From Candidatus Spongiisociaceae bacterium (GTDB lineage Bacteria; Actinomycetota; Acidimicrobiia; Spongiisociales; Spongiisociaceae), in contig OZ253564.1 of the NCBI GenBank assembly GCA_965262915.1, positions 2,400,001 to 2,464,000 of the forward strand: a DNA stretch of 64,000 nt, given 5' to 3'. Each line of letters begins with the position of its first letter. The first letter of the stretch is position 1. The notes beneath the pieces are model-generated. The model was not told the DNA's origin. It searched no databases and saw only the letters and a list, made by a program, of their open reading frames with translations. Below, piece by piece: positions 21,509 through 30,904 of this stretch. The position numbers were made by a program, and so were the translations under genes.

Positions 21509-22330
21509 TCACGCCAGCGAGAACTTCTGCTTGACCGTGGTGGGGAAGGATCGGTCGGTGAGCCTCACGAAGGCGACCCGTCCGGCGCCCTCCACCTCGA
21601 CAGCTCCGCCGGGCTGCACGGTGGCGATCTCGATGCCGTCCACTCCCACCGCCACCGAGCGGTCCTCGACTACCTCGAAGCGGAGCCGTCGACCGGGTGG
21701 GAAGACCATGGCGCGGGCGAACAGGGAGTGGGGAGCGACGGGGGTCATGACCAGCGCGTCGAGGGTGGGATCGACCAGGGGTCCGCCTGCCGACAGGTTG
21801 TACGCGGTCGAACCGGTAGGGGTCGCGATGACCACCCCGTCCGCCCGGTAGGTGATGAAGGGTTCGCCGTCTATGGACACGGCCAGCTGCACGGTGCGCT
21901 GGTTCTGCACCTTCTCGATCACCACGTCGTTGAGCCCCATGATCGGCGGTGATCCATCCACCGAGGCGGCCAGCAGCATCCGTTCGGACGTGTACCACCT
22001 ACCGGAGGTCAGCTGTTCGAGGATGATGGGCAGGTCGTGGGGGGCGCCCTCGGCCAGGAATCCCAGCCGGCCGTCGTTGATACCGAAGATCGGGGCGCCG
22101 CTCCCCCGGCCGATCCGCACCGCTTTCAGGACCGTCCCGTCCCCTCCGATCGCCACCACCAGGTCGAGACCCGCCTCGGGCTCGAAGCCGGTCGGCGCCA
22201 CCCCGATGTCGGGGGCGGCATCCGATGACGCCACGATCTCGACCCCGTGGTCCCGGGCCTCGGCGGCCAGGTCACGAGCGAGGTTCATGGAGTGCTGCCG
22301 GCCGATGTGGGGGACGAGCGCGATCCTCAC
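21509..22330 (-). CDS. nadK: NAD kinase
   Basis: GGDGT, GRLGFL, LNDVV, DGVVIATPTGSTAYNLSAGGP; GTG start overlaps the tlyA stop. Confidence 0.95.
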   Translation of the reverse strand: MRIALVPHIGRQHSMNLARDLAAEARDHGVEIVASSDAAPDIGVAPTGFEPEAGLDLVVAIGGDGTVLKAVRIGRGSGAPIFGINDGRLGFLAEGAPHDLPIILEQLTSGRWYTSERMLLAASVDGSPPIMGLNDVVIEKVQNQRTVQLAVSIDGEPFITYRADGVVIATPTGSTAYNLSAGGPLVDPTLDALVMTPVAPHSLFARAMVFPPGRRLRFEVVEDRSVAVGVDGIEIATVQPGGAVEVEGAGRVAFVRLTDRSFPTTVKQKFSLA

Positions 22331-23100
22331 CGGGCGGCCTCCCGCACCTGTTCGAGGTCGGCGAGATTGGGTCCGTGCCGGAACAGCCCGAGCACCTCGC
22401 GGTTCCCGTTGGCGCCTTTCAGGGGCGACCGCATCACGGCGACGGCGCCCAGGTCCGATCCGTCCAGACCGGTGATCGTGTCCAGGACCGCCTGCACACG
22501 TGTCTCGTCGTCCCTCAGCACGCCGCGACGGTCCACCGCTCCGCGCCCCGCCTCGAACTGGGGCTTGATGAGCAGCACGTAGTCGGTGCGGTGATCCCCC
22601 AGATCGACCAGCACCCGGGCGATGGTACGGAGCGAGATGAACGAGACGTCGGTGACCACCAGATCGAAGGGTGCCCCCAGACCGCCCGGATCGGCGTAGC
22701 GGATGTTGGTACGTTCCACGACGGTGACCCGCGGGTCGTTCCGCAATCGCAAATGCAGCTGCCCGTACCCGACATCGACCGCCACCACCCGGCTCGCGCC
22801 GTGCTTGAGCAGGCAGTCCGTGAAGCCGCCGGTGGAGGCGCCCACGTCGATGGCTCGGCACCCCTCCACCCTGATCCCGAAGTCCCGGAGGGCCGCCTCA
22901 AGCTTGAGGCCGCCCCGGCTCACGTAGCGGGGGCCGTGAGCGACCATGCGCACCGCGGTTCCCGCCTCGACCAGCGTGGCCGGCTTGGGGAGGGGGGTTC
23001 CCGCCACCACCACCTTGCCGGCCCGGATGGCGTGGGCCGCGGCGGTACGCGACTCGACCAGGCGGCGCCGGACCATCTCCACATCGAGCCTCCGCCTCAA
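22327..23100 (-). CDS. tlyA: TlyA rRNA 2'-O-methyltransferase
   Basis: YVSRGGLKL, DVGASTGGFTDCLL, DVSFISL, LIKPQFE. Confidence 0.96.
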   Translation of the reverse strand: MRRRLDVEMVRRRLVESRTAAAHAIRAGKVVVAGTPLPKPATLVEAGTAVRMVAHGPRYVSRGGLKLEAALRDFGIRVEGCRAIDVGASTGGFTDCLLKHGASRVVAVDVGYGQLHLRLRNDPRVTVVERTNIRYADPGGLGAPFDLVVTDVSFISLRTIARVLVDLGDHRTDYVLLIKPQFEAGRGAVDRRGVLRDDETRVQAVLDTITGLDGSDLGAVAVMRSPLKGANGNREVLGLFRHGPNLADLEQVREAAR

Positions 23101-23342
23101 GGCGAACCCCCCTCGGCGGGGCCGTCTGCGGCACGGACCAGCGAGTCGAGCAACTCCTGCGCCGCGGGCGCGCGGGTACCGTCCAGCCGGGCAGCCAGCA
23201 ACTCGGCCAGGGCGGCAGCCGGAGCGGGTGCGTCCGCCGCGTCGCCCTGCTCGATGGCGGCCAGGTAGGAGACGTGGGGCTCTTCGGCCACGCCGTCGCC
23301 CTCGCCGCCCGTTCGGCGTGAGGTCTCGTCTTGTGGGTTCAT
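23097..23342 (-). CDS. Small hypothetical protein
   Basis: MNPQDETS... acidic 81-aa ORF overlapping the tlyA start. Confidence 0.45.
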   Translation of the reverse strand: MNPQDETSRRTGGEGDGVAEEPHVSYLAAIEQGDAADAPAPAAALAELLAARLDGTRAPAAQELLDSLVRAADGPAEGGSP

Positions 23343-23461
23343 GGTCGCATTATTGCGCGCCATTCCGGGTTGTCTACCCTCGGCAGGGATCGATCCTCCC
23401 CCATGGCCTCGACGGTAGCGCTCCATAGGCGGTCCGCTCCCGTATGATCGGTGGGGAACTA

Positions 23462-23624
23462 GTGGTCTGTCTGTGAAATGGCTGCGGGGTATGCGCCGGC
23501 AGCGGCGTTCCTCGCAAGGCCCGCCGACGAAGGCGTACCCACAGCGGTATGTCGAGGAGGTGGAACGCAGCGAGGGGCGTCGATGGCTGCCAGAGCACGC
23601 CAAGTTGTTTTGCAGACAGACCAC
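23462..23624. mobile_element. 163-bp MITE-like element, copy 1
   Basis: TIRs GTGGTCTGTCTG / CAGACAGACCAC with TA on both sides; homologous to 48358-48684. Confidence 0.85.
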
Positions 23625-23673
23625 TAAAGACGCCGAGACCCCATCCGAATCCGAGAGCCGCCGGACACATCCC

Positions 23674-24426
23674 ATGATCCCCCTTCGAGACATCAACCCG
23701 TCGTTGAGAACCCCGGTCGTGACGTTCCTGCTCGTGGTGGCGTCGGTGGGTGTGTACCTGTTCGTCCAGCCGGCCGATCCGGCGGACGAGCTGGACTTCC
23801 TGTACCGCCAGGCCGCCATAGCCTGCGAGCTGACCACCGCCGAGGCGCTGTCCCCCGACGAGATCCAACGGGGCGACTGTGAGGACGGTGGGAGCGCACC
23901 GCTCCATCCCGACAAGCCCCTCGAGCTGAGCGTGATCGTCTCGATGTTCCTGCACGGAGGTCTGATTCATCTGATCGGCAACATGTGGAGCCTTTTCCTG
24001 TTCGGCAACAACGTCGAGGACGCCTACGGGCGGCTCGGTTACCTGATCTTCTACCTGGTCTCGGGAGTGGTGGCCACCTTCGGGTTCGTCCTGCTCAACC
24101 CCGGCACCACCGTGCCTCTCGTGGGAGCTTCGGGCGCCATCGCCGGGGTGATGGGTGCCTACCTGGTGCTGTTCCCGCACGCCCGGGTGGTGAGCGTGTT
24201 CCCGCTGCTGTTCTTCATCCCGTTCACCATCTCGGCCGGGTGGTTCCTGCTGGTGTGGTTCGCCGGCCAGTTCGCCCTCACCGCCGTCGAGACCGGTATC
24301 GCCTGGGAGGCGCACGTGGCGGGTTTCCTGTTCGGGATGCTGATCACCCTGGTGGCCCGCCGACCACTGCTGCAGCGCATAGCCAGGCTCGAGCGGAAGC
24401 GCATGGCCCGTCTCGGCTACGGGTGA
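23674..24426 (+). CDS. Rhomboid intramembrane serine protease
   Basis: MIPLRDINP, SMFLHGG..HLIGNM, VGASGAIAG, AWEAHVAG. Confidence 0.95.
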   Translation: MIPLRDINPSLRTPVVTFLLVVASVGVYLFVQPADPADELDFLYRQAAIACELTTAEALSPDEIQRGDCEDGGSAPLHPDKPLELSVIVSMFLHGGLIHLIGNMWSLFLFGNNVEDAYGRLGYLIFYLVSGVVATFGFVLLNPGTTVPLVGASGAIAGVMGAYLVLFPHARVVSVFPLLFFIPFTISAGWFLLVWFAGQFALTAVETGIAWEAHVAGFLFGMLITLVARRPLLQRIARLERKRMARLGYG

Positions 24427-24452
24427 GCGAGTTTCCGAGCGTTGATCGGCGG

Positions 24453-27400
24453 CTAAAGCACTGGTCCTTCTCGGTCTTTCTCATCCTCCGTGGGGGGTTG
24501 GATGCTGTCGGACGATGGCTCCGCCACGTCGTGGTGGAACAGATCTTCCGGAACGTAGGGTCCGGCCAGGTCATGGCGGACCGACATGATGGCGAGGTCG
24601 CCGTCGGTCAGGTTGCAGACCCGCGACGCCTTGACGTTGAGGTCACCGGGAGGCGCGATCAGGGTCGAGGGCCACCAAACGCCGGGAGTCAACGCGCGGT
24701 CCGCGTCCTTCAGCGCCTCCGGTTGGAAGTAAGAGTGCGAGACATCGGACGCGGACCGAGGTGCGACCGACCCGAGGAAGTCGTCCAGCGGTTCGCCGCC
24801 CAACTCCGAGGCCTGGAGCGTCCCCTGCTGGCGATACACCCACTCGGCGGCGGCCGCCTGATCGGATTCGACCAGGGCCCGGCCCAGTTCCCGGTCGTAG
24901 GTCCCGAGGCTCATGTCTCGGAGGAAGCGCCAGCGTCCGCTCACCTGGGCGCGCCGGTCGGACTCGACACTGGACACCTCCCGAGGATCCTGGTCGGGAC
25001 GCAGGATTCCTGACGGATCGGAGCCCACCTCGATGGCCCGTAGGTGGCGGTAGGCGTCTATAGCCACGTCGTGACGCTTGCGCAACCATCCCGGTCGGGC
25101 GAGCCCGCTCATCATGCGGGCCCGCATGGCGGTGGCGCCGAGGCTCGTCACGCGGAAGGCGCGGTTCTCAGCCTTCCCCACACCCAGCACGCGGTCGTGG
25201 CCGGACCGTTCCTCGTCTGCCGCCTGGGAGCCGAACGGCCTCCACAGCACGGCCGCCCACGCGCCCGCCGAGGCTACGAACTGTTCGAACGCCTCGGCGG
25301 CGCGCCACGACGCATCAAAGGCCGCAAGGATCCCCCGTTCGAGATCGGCCACCTTGGCCCTCTCCCTGTGGTCGCGGCGGAAACCGTCGATACCCATGGC
25401 CATGAGCAGCAGGAGGATGACGAAGAGGATCCCCGCCTCGTACCACCAGAGGTCTCCGAACCCCTCTCGACGACGGAGCCCGTACCAACCGCCGTCACGG
25501 GCCAGAAGCCCGATCAGTCCGAAGACGCCGTAGATCATCGTGAAGAAGAGCAGCATCCGGACCTGCCGGAAGCTCTCCATCGAGCGGATCGACGGACGAT
25601 CGAGCCGAACAGCCAGTATCACGGCATAGAGGACCAGCGCTACGGACAATCCGAACGCAGGGGCGTCACCACCGGCCCCGACGGCGGCTGCGATCAGCCC
25701 GGCGACCAGCCCGACTACGGCGGACCACACGGCGATGGTCCTCAGACGTGGGATCTCGGAGGAGGGACCGGCGGGAGGCTGTACCGGCGGAGCCTCCGAC
25801 TCCTCGGGCCGATCCGGGACAGCGGTGCTCGATGTCTCCTTGGTGGATGTCGTATCGGTGTCCTCGCCGTCCAGTTCGCCCGCGCTCGTCCCGGACCGAG
25901 GCTCGGTCCGCTTCCGGGATGTGCTTGGACCGCCGAAACGTAAGGCCACCGCACGCGAGATGATCGCCAGCGCGGCAGCATAACCCGCAGTGACCAGGAA
26001 CCAGGCCCAGGAACGGCCCGTGGAGGAGAGCGCTGTTATCCCGACTACCTCGACCAGCCTCGATAGGACGAACAATCCGGTCATCGCCAGCACAACGAGC
26101 CCGGACGTGACGATCCCGGTGGCGGTGAGTGCAGGGAGTTCATCGACATCGAACACGCGACGGGCACGGTCCACGAGGCGTCGGAACTCGGCCCTGTTAC
26201 GAAGCTCAGCGTCACGCAGAAAGGCGCCGATCCGGCCCAGCAAGGTCGTGGGCACACTCCTTGACGCGTCCGCACGGATCTCATCGGCGAGGGCGTCGAT
26301 ATCGGCGGGCGCGATCAGGCCGATGTCGGTGATCACCACGTTGCGTCCCTTGAGTTGTGGTGGCGCCATGTCGCCCGGGGCCTTGTCGCCGTCGACGAGC
26401 GAGAAGACCGCGGTCCCCAGGTCCGACCACAGTTGCTGGTCGATCTCCACACCGCCTATCAGGGCCCGGTGTTGCCTCACCGCCGCGATCACGCTGTCGG
26501 GATCGTCCGGAGTCCGGTCGTCATCGGAGGGCATGCCCCGCCATATGACCCGCAGGATCGAGTCCTGCCCGGCCGCGTCCTGCAGTATCCGGCCGGTGGC
26601 GTCGCGCAGCGCCGCAGACACGTCGCTGAACATGGCGAACGTATATCGGAGGCCGCTCAGTATCCCGGCGCCCATCAGGCGTAGGGTGTCCCCGAAACCC
26701 ATCCGACGCCGGTATTGCTCGGGTTTGAACTCGAACAGAAGACTGTCGAGGTGGGAGACCATCCGCTGCCGTACGTCGGTGAGTGTCTCACGGGGGTAGG
26801 GCGCCTCGTAGCAGCCTCTGGGCACCGGCGCCGTGCCTCCGTGGTTGGCGGCGGCGGCGAGGGTGACTGCCGGGATCTCCGCGACCCGGACAAACGAGCG
26901 GGTCAGGTGTACCTTGGCCTGGCCGAAGCCTATGGGACCTCTGCCCAGGGATTCCACGGGTGCCTCGTCCATGCCCGACCACATTCCCAGCGCGGTGGCC
27001 ACCTCGGCCGCGACGTGGGAGGCGAATGCGTCGGAGTGCGGATCGGTGAGGGGGACGCCGAGCGTCGCCTCGGTGCGACGGTCCTCGGGAATGATGACCA
27101 GGTTGGCGTCTACCCGGGGTGTGAAGAACCCATCGGGTGCCGAGAGGACGCCATCAACCCTCGGATCGCGTCGTGGCGACCAGATCCGTGCCTCGACGAC
27201 CTGCATTCCCTTGGGCTTGAGTGCCTCGATCTGGTCCGCGAGACGCTCGGCAGTCTCCGATACGTAGGCGGCGCTCTCGATGTCGGGGCCGACGACAGCC
27301 ACCACATGGAGCAAATCGAGTTCCTCACGCGCCAGGGTCTCGAACAGTGGGCGTTGCTCCACTCCTGCGCGACCGATATCCATGTCGGGTCCATCGTCGG

Positions 27401-27515
27401 TGCAGGCGACGAAGGGTTTCACCAGACCCGCCCGAGCCCATTCGGTGAGCCGCCGCACTGCCGCAGTCGTGGCCTTGTCGTTGGCGACTACGAGGACGCT
27501 GCGGCGGGCGGTCAT
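24453..27515 (-). CDS. 1020-aa multi-pass membrane protein of the tubulin-like operon
   Basis: Long ORF with a 4-bp overlap to the tubulin gene; about 6 central hydrophobic segments between large soluble domains. Confidence 0.8.
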   Translation of the reverse strand: MTARRSVLVVANDKATTAAVRRLTEWARAGLVKPFVACTDDGPDMDIGRAGVEQRPLFETLAREELDLLHVVAVVGPDIESAAYVSETAERLADQIEALKPKGMQVVEARIWSPRRDPRVDGVLSAPDGFFTPRVDANLVIIPEDRRTEATLGVPLTDPHSDAFASHVAAEVATALGMWSGMDEAPVESLGRGPIGFGQAKVHLTRSFVRVAEIPAVTLAAAANHGGTAPVPRGCYEAPYPRETLTDVRQRMVSHLDSLLFEFKPEQYRRRMGFGDTLRLMGAGILSGLRYTFAMFSDVSAALRDATGRILQDAAGQDSILRVIWRGMPSDDDRTPDDPDSVIAAVRQHRALIGGVEIDQQLWSDLGTAVFSLVDGDKAPGDMAPPQLKGRNVVITDIGLIAPADIDALADEIRADASRSVPTTLLGRIGAFLRDAELRNRAEFRRLVDRARRVFDVDELPALTATGIVTSGLVVLAMTGLFVLSRLVEVVGITALSSTGRSWAWFLVTAGYAAALAIISRAVALRFGGPSTSRKRTEPRSGTSAGELDGEDTDTTSTKETSSTAVPDRPEESEAPPVQPPAGPSSEIPRLRTIAVWSAVVGLVAGLIAAAVGAGGDAPAFGLSVALVLYAVILAVRLDRPSIRSMESFRQVRMLLFFTMIYGVFGLIGLLARDGGWYGLRRREGFGDLWWYEAGILFVILLLLMAMGIDGFRRDHRERAKVADLERGILAAFDASWRAAEAFEQFVASAGAWAAVLWRPFGSQAADEERSGHDRVLGVGKAENRAFRVTSLGATAMRARMMSGLARPGWLRKRHDVAIDAYRHLRAIEVGSDPSGILRPDQDPREVSSVESDRRAQVSGRWRFLRDMSLGTYDRELGRALVESDQAAAAEWVYRQQGTLQASELGGEPLDDFLGSVAPRSASDVSHSYFQPEALKDADRALTPGVWWPSTLIAPPGDLNVKASRVCNLTDGDLAIMSVRHDLAGPYVPEDLFHHDVAEPSSDSIQPPTEDEKDREGPVL

Positions 27516-30500
27516 AGCGAGGGCCTTCTGCCCGAGGCATCAGCCCTCAGACAACGCACGATGTTGGCGATCTCCTCGGTGATGAGGTCGGCGATGCCTA
27601 GCCATGCATTCCGGGCACTGTTGTCGCTGCGGCGATCTTCTTCGGCTTGCCGGCGATACAACCCGATCTGTTGCTCCAATAGTTCGGTTGCCTCCTGTCT
27701 TCGGGATGGAGGATCCATACCCGTAACCACCGCTTCCCTTCCAGATGGCGTCGTTCCCGTCCTGAGCCACGTCGAAAGTACCGGGCTGGGGTGTGGGAAC
27801 ACCTTGAGGTCCGGACCGACCGCGCCATGCGAACGGCCCCACTCCAGCAGCTGTGAGTAGGGACCCAGAAAGCGTTCGGCGTCCTTGCGATCAGCGGCCG
27901 CCGGCAGAGCAAGGCACAGCCCCTCTATCAGGGAGGCGAGGACGGCCCAGGGCTGTCCGCGTAACGGGAGCATGGGCTCGAACCTGGACACTCCACGTTC
28001 GGTTGCGAGCGCCACGGTGTTGACTTCGAGTTCGACCAATCCGAGCATCCTGCCGATGAACCATCCTCTGATCAGGGCGCGCAACATGGGCCGTGGAATC
28101 GGCGTGGCCCTCGACAGGGCACGCGATCGGCGGGCGTTCCAGAAACTGACCAGGTTGGACGTGTCCTTCTCCTTTCGCCATGCGTCGGTGATGGGCTTTG
28201 TCAGCGAGTCGAAGCACATGGGATGGAGAGCACCGCCGAGCGAGGTGTAGATCGCCACTCTGGTCTCCCGTTCGGACTGGTTGAGTGTCTGCTCCACCAT
28301 CTCGGCATCTCTGTCAAGCCGTGAGAGGAGGTATTCACGGACGAGCGGTTCGACGGGGAGGCCGGCGACCGGGATCGGGCTGGTTACGGGCCGGATGCGC
28401 AGATCCAAGCCAGAATGTACCTGTTGAACCAATTCGCGGTCGACCGATACCAACGGTTCGGCCGCTTCAAAGGCCTTTTCGAGCGACTTCCGGAACCGTT
28501 GTTCTCTGGGGGCCCGCACCGCAGGAGGTAACGAGTCCGAGAGATATCCCCGCAGCCCCAGCGTTAGAGACTCCTTCCAGGCTGAGCCGTCGGTTCGCAA
28601 CCAGGCACGTGCCCGCGCGAGCAGGTCGTCTCGGCTGATGCGTACGGTGAACGAAGCGCGGCGCGGGGCAGCGTCGCCGACCGTGAGCCACTCCGGGGCG
28701 GACCATCTGGAGTTGGTCAGTATCCAAGGCTCCATAGTGCTCTGCTCGCTCTCGCCGGTGATCACGGTTCGCCGGACCTGAATCCAGGCCTCCTCGAGTC
28801 CCTCCGCTCCGGTCGAGTCCATGGTGTGTTTTTCGAACAGCCGAGGGAAATCGGCCGGATCGATGACCAGCATGGTGCTGGCGCCGGGCTCGAGCGCCTC
28901 GGGAACTAATCGGTCGGACGCGGGATGGTGGCGGGGCCAATCATCGATCGGCGTTGAACCTGCTTCACTCCTATCGGCTTCCACCGCTTGACGCAAGGCG
29001 TCGTATCCTCGCTCGATCGTATCGCGGAGCGGCTGGACAACTCCGTCGCGCAAGTCTGCGACCAGCCGAGAGGCAATGAGACGATGCGCAGCGTTGTAGG
29101 GATGTACCAGGCCGGTCTGGATCGCCTTGCTGATGGCGTTGCGGACTCCCTCGTGATCGGCCGGTAGAGCACCCAGACCCATCCCGATGGCGTCCAGAAC
29201 ATCGGATCGGAGGTGTCCTGCCCATGCAAGCTCTTCCTGGCGCTCGGACTCGAGTTCTTCGGCCACATTTGCCATCTCCGCGTCGGCCTTGGCAAGGAGT
29301 CGCAGAGCTATCTGCGCTCCATAGTCGGCTAGGTTCGTGCCGACTACCTGCACGATCCGGTCGGTGATCCGCTCCACCCACTTCAAGGCCTCGTCCCGCA
29401 GCCGATCATCCAGCTTCTTCAGAACTCCGGCGCGTCGGACCTCCACCCCCTCCACGATGCAGTCCGCCCATCGCTGGGTCCTGGCTTTCGAACCGACTTC
29501 CTCAGACGCTTCGTAGCGGACCCGGTCCGCCACATCCCTGAAGATCGCGTCGAGTTCTACATCGGGGAGTCCGATGGAATCGAGAACCTGGTTGTTGTCG
29601 CGTCCCCGCTCGTTGATGCCGGAGGTCTTCAGAAACCGAGTGAAGGCGTCCTCAGCGAGATCCTCGACGATCTCCTCGGTGGTTTGGTTCTCGTAGCGCG
29701 GCCGTTTCCTGGCGGCCTTGACGTAGGCACCGCGCAGGAACTCGACTGCGTCACGCGTGAACCGCTGCTCGGCATAGGTGCCGAGTCGGCCCACGCCGAG
29801 GTCCACCTCGGCGAACCCGAGCGCCTGGATGGCGCCGAAGTACTTCGGCGGATCGGGCAACATCAATGTCTCAGCGCCGTGGGTGGGGAAACTGCCCGCA
29901 GAAGATTGCCAGTTGGCTTTCATGTAGACCGTGAAGTCGTCCTGCATACGCCGGTCCGTCATCACCGCGGCCAGGCAGCGCGCCATGAAGCGATAGGCGG
30001 CAAGCTGGTCGCCGAAGCTCACGCCCTTGGTATTGGTATGTCCTACCAGATAGGGGAAAGCAGGGCCGGAGCGCTGCTGGACCTGGCCGCCACCCGGCGG
30101 GATGAACCCCCCATCTCCGTAGTAGCCGTGCAGTATCTCCGCCAACGCCGCGGCCGTGTTGGGATAGACGCCACGGCTCGCAGCCTCGGAGAGGTCGACG
30201 AACACGTCAGCCGAATAGAGGATGCCGATCGATTCGTCCATCCACGAATCGCCCTCGGCCCTGAGGATGTCGCACACATCCATCACGATGCCTGCGCCGG
30301 TCCCGCCCGCCAGAGAAGACACCACGATCGCCGCGGGCGTCGCCGCGGACTCGCTGGCCAGAGATAGGCCGGAGGCCCGCTCGGCGAGTTGCCGGAGCTG
30401 AGCCATGGCGCCTGCGCTCAGGAGAGCCTGCTTCTTCATCCTTATTCGCCTCTGGATCTCGTCAGCGTGGAAGAGGCCGAGCACGCGGCCCACCGCTCGG

Positions 30501-30844
30501 TACTGGCCGGCGCCCGCCTCGATGGGAATGCGCATGTAATCGGAGTCGAACAGCCAACCGCCGAAGTCGCGTCCCCTGCGTTCGAGGCTGTCCACCATCG
30601 CCGCCAAATCGATACCGGGCCGAGCGAGTCCCAAGTATTCATCGGCCTCGAGCAGATCCGGGGCTCCCGGGAGGACCGGGGAGTCCTGCTGGACGGGGGT
30701 GTCGATGTGGAGTAGCTGCCAACCGTCGGGCATGCCCTCCTCCCAGCCGATCTCGCGGAACCTCTCCTCAAGGGCTTGTTTCAGGTAGCGCAGGGTCTTG
30801 CCACCTGAGCCGCCGAGGCCGATGATCAGGAACTGTTGCAGCAC
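27512..30844 (-). CDS. Tubulin/FtsZ-like GTPase (Tubulin_2/FtsZl1 type) with long C-terminal extension
   Basis: IIGLGGSGGK, HIDTP, GAGQYRAVGR and the tubulin-signature variant SSLAGGTGAG. Confidence 0.88.
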   Translation of the reverse strand: MLQQFLIIGLGGSGGKTLRYLKQALEERFREIGWEEGMPDGWQLLHIDTPVQQDSPVLPGAPDLLEADEYLGLARPGIDLAAMVDSLERRGRDFGGWLFDSDYMRIPIEAGAGQYRAVGRVLGLFHADEIQRRIRMKKQALLSAGAMAQLRQLAERASGLSLASESAATPAAIVVSSLAGGTGAGIVMDVCDILRAEGDSWMDESIGILYSADVFVDLSEAASRGVYPNTAAALAEILHGYYGDGGFIPPGGGQVQQRSGPAFPYLVGHTNTKGVSFGDQLAAYRFMARCLAAVMTDRRMQDDFTVYMKANWQSSAGSFPTHGAETLMLPDPPKYFGAIQALGFAEVDLGVGRLGTYAEQRFTRDAVEFLRGAYVKAARKRPRYENQTTEEIVEDLAEDAFTRFLKTSGINERGRDNNQVLDSIGLPDVELDAIFRDVADRVRYEASEEVGSKARTQRWADCIVEGVEVRRAGVLKKLDDRLRDEALKWVERITDRIVQVVGTNLADYGAQIALRLLAKADAEMANVAEELESERQEELAWAGHLRSDVLDAIGMGLGALPADHEGVRNAISKAIQTGLVHPYNAAHRLIASRLVADLRDGVVQPLRDTIERGYDALRQAVEADRSEAGSTPIDDWPRHHPASDRLVPEALEPGASTMLVIDPADFPRLFEKHTMDSTGAEGLEEAWIQVRRTVITGESEQSTMEPWILTNSRWSAPEWLTVGDAAPRRASFTVRISRDDLLARARAWLRTDGSAWKESLTLGLRGYLSDSLPPAVRAPREQRFRKSLEKAFEAAEPLVSVDRELVQQVHSGLDLRIRPVTSPIPVAGLPVEPLVREYLLSRLDRDAEMVEQTLNQSERETRVAIYTSLGGALHPMCFDSLTKPITDAWRKEKDTSNLVSFWNARRSRALSRATPIPRPMLRALIRGWFIGRMLGLVELEVNTVALATERGVSRFEPMLPLRGQPWAVLASLIEGLCLALPAAADRKDAERFLGPYSQLLEWGRSHGAVGPDLKVFPHPSPVLSTWLRTGTTPSGREAVVTGMDPPSRRQEATELLEQQIGLYRRQAEEDRRSDNSARNAWLGIADLITEEIANIVRCLRADASGRRPSL

Positions 30845-30904
30845 GATGCCTCTCCTTGGTCGGGACCGAAGATCCGGGACGCCCTTAACCGGGCGCAGGT
30901 TGTT

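Noticed and set aside
23473-23673. N-terminal extension of the rhomboid
   Set aside because: Derived from MITE copy 1; the family-typical start is MIPLRD at 23674.
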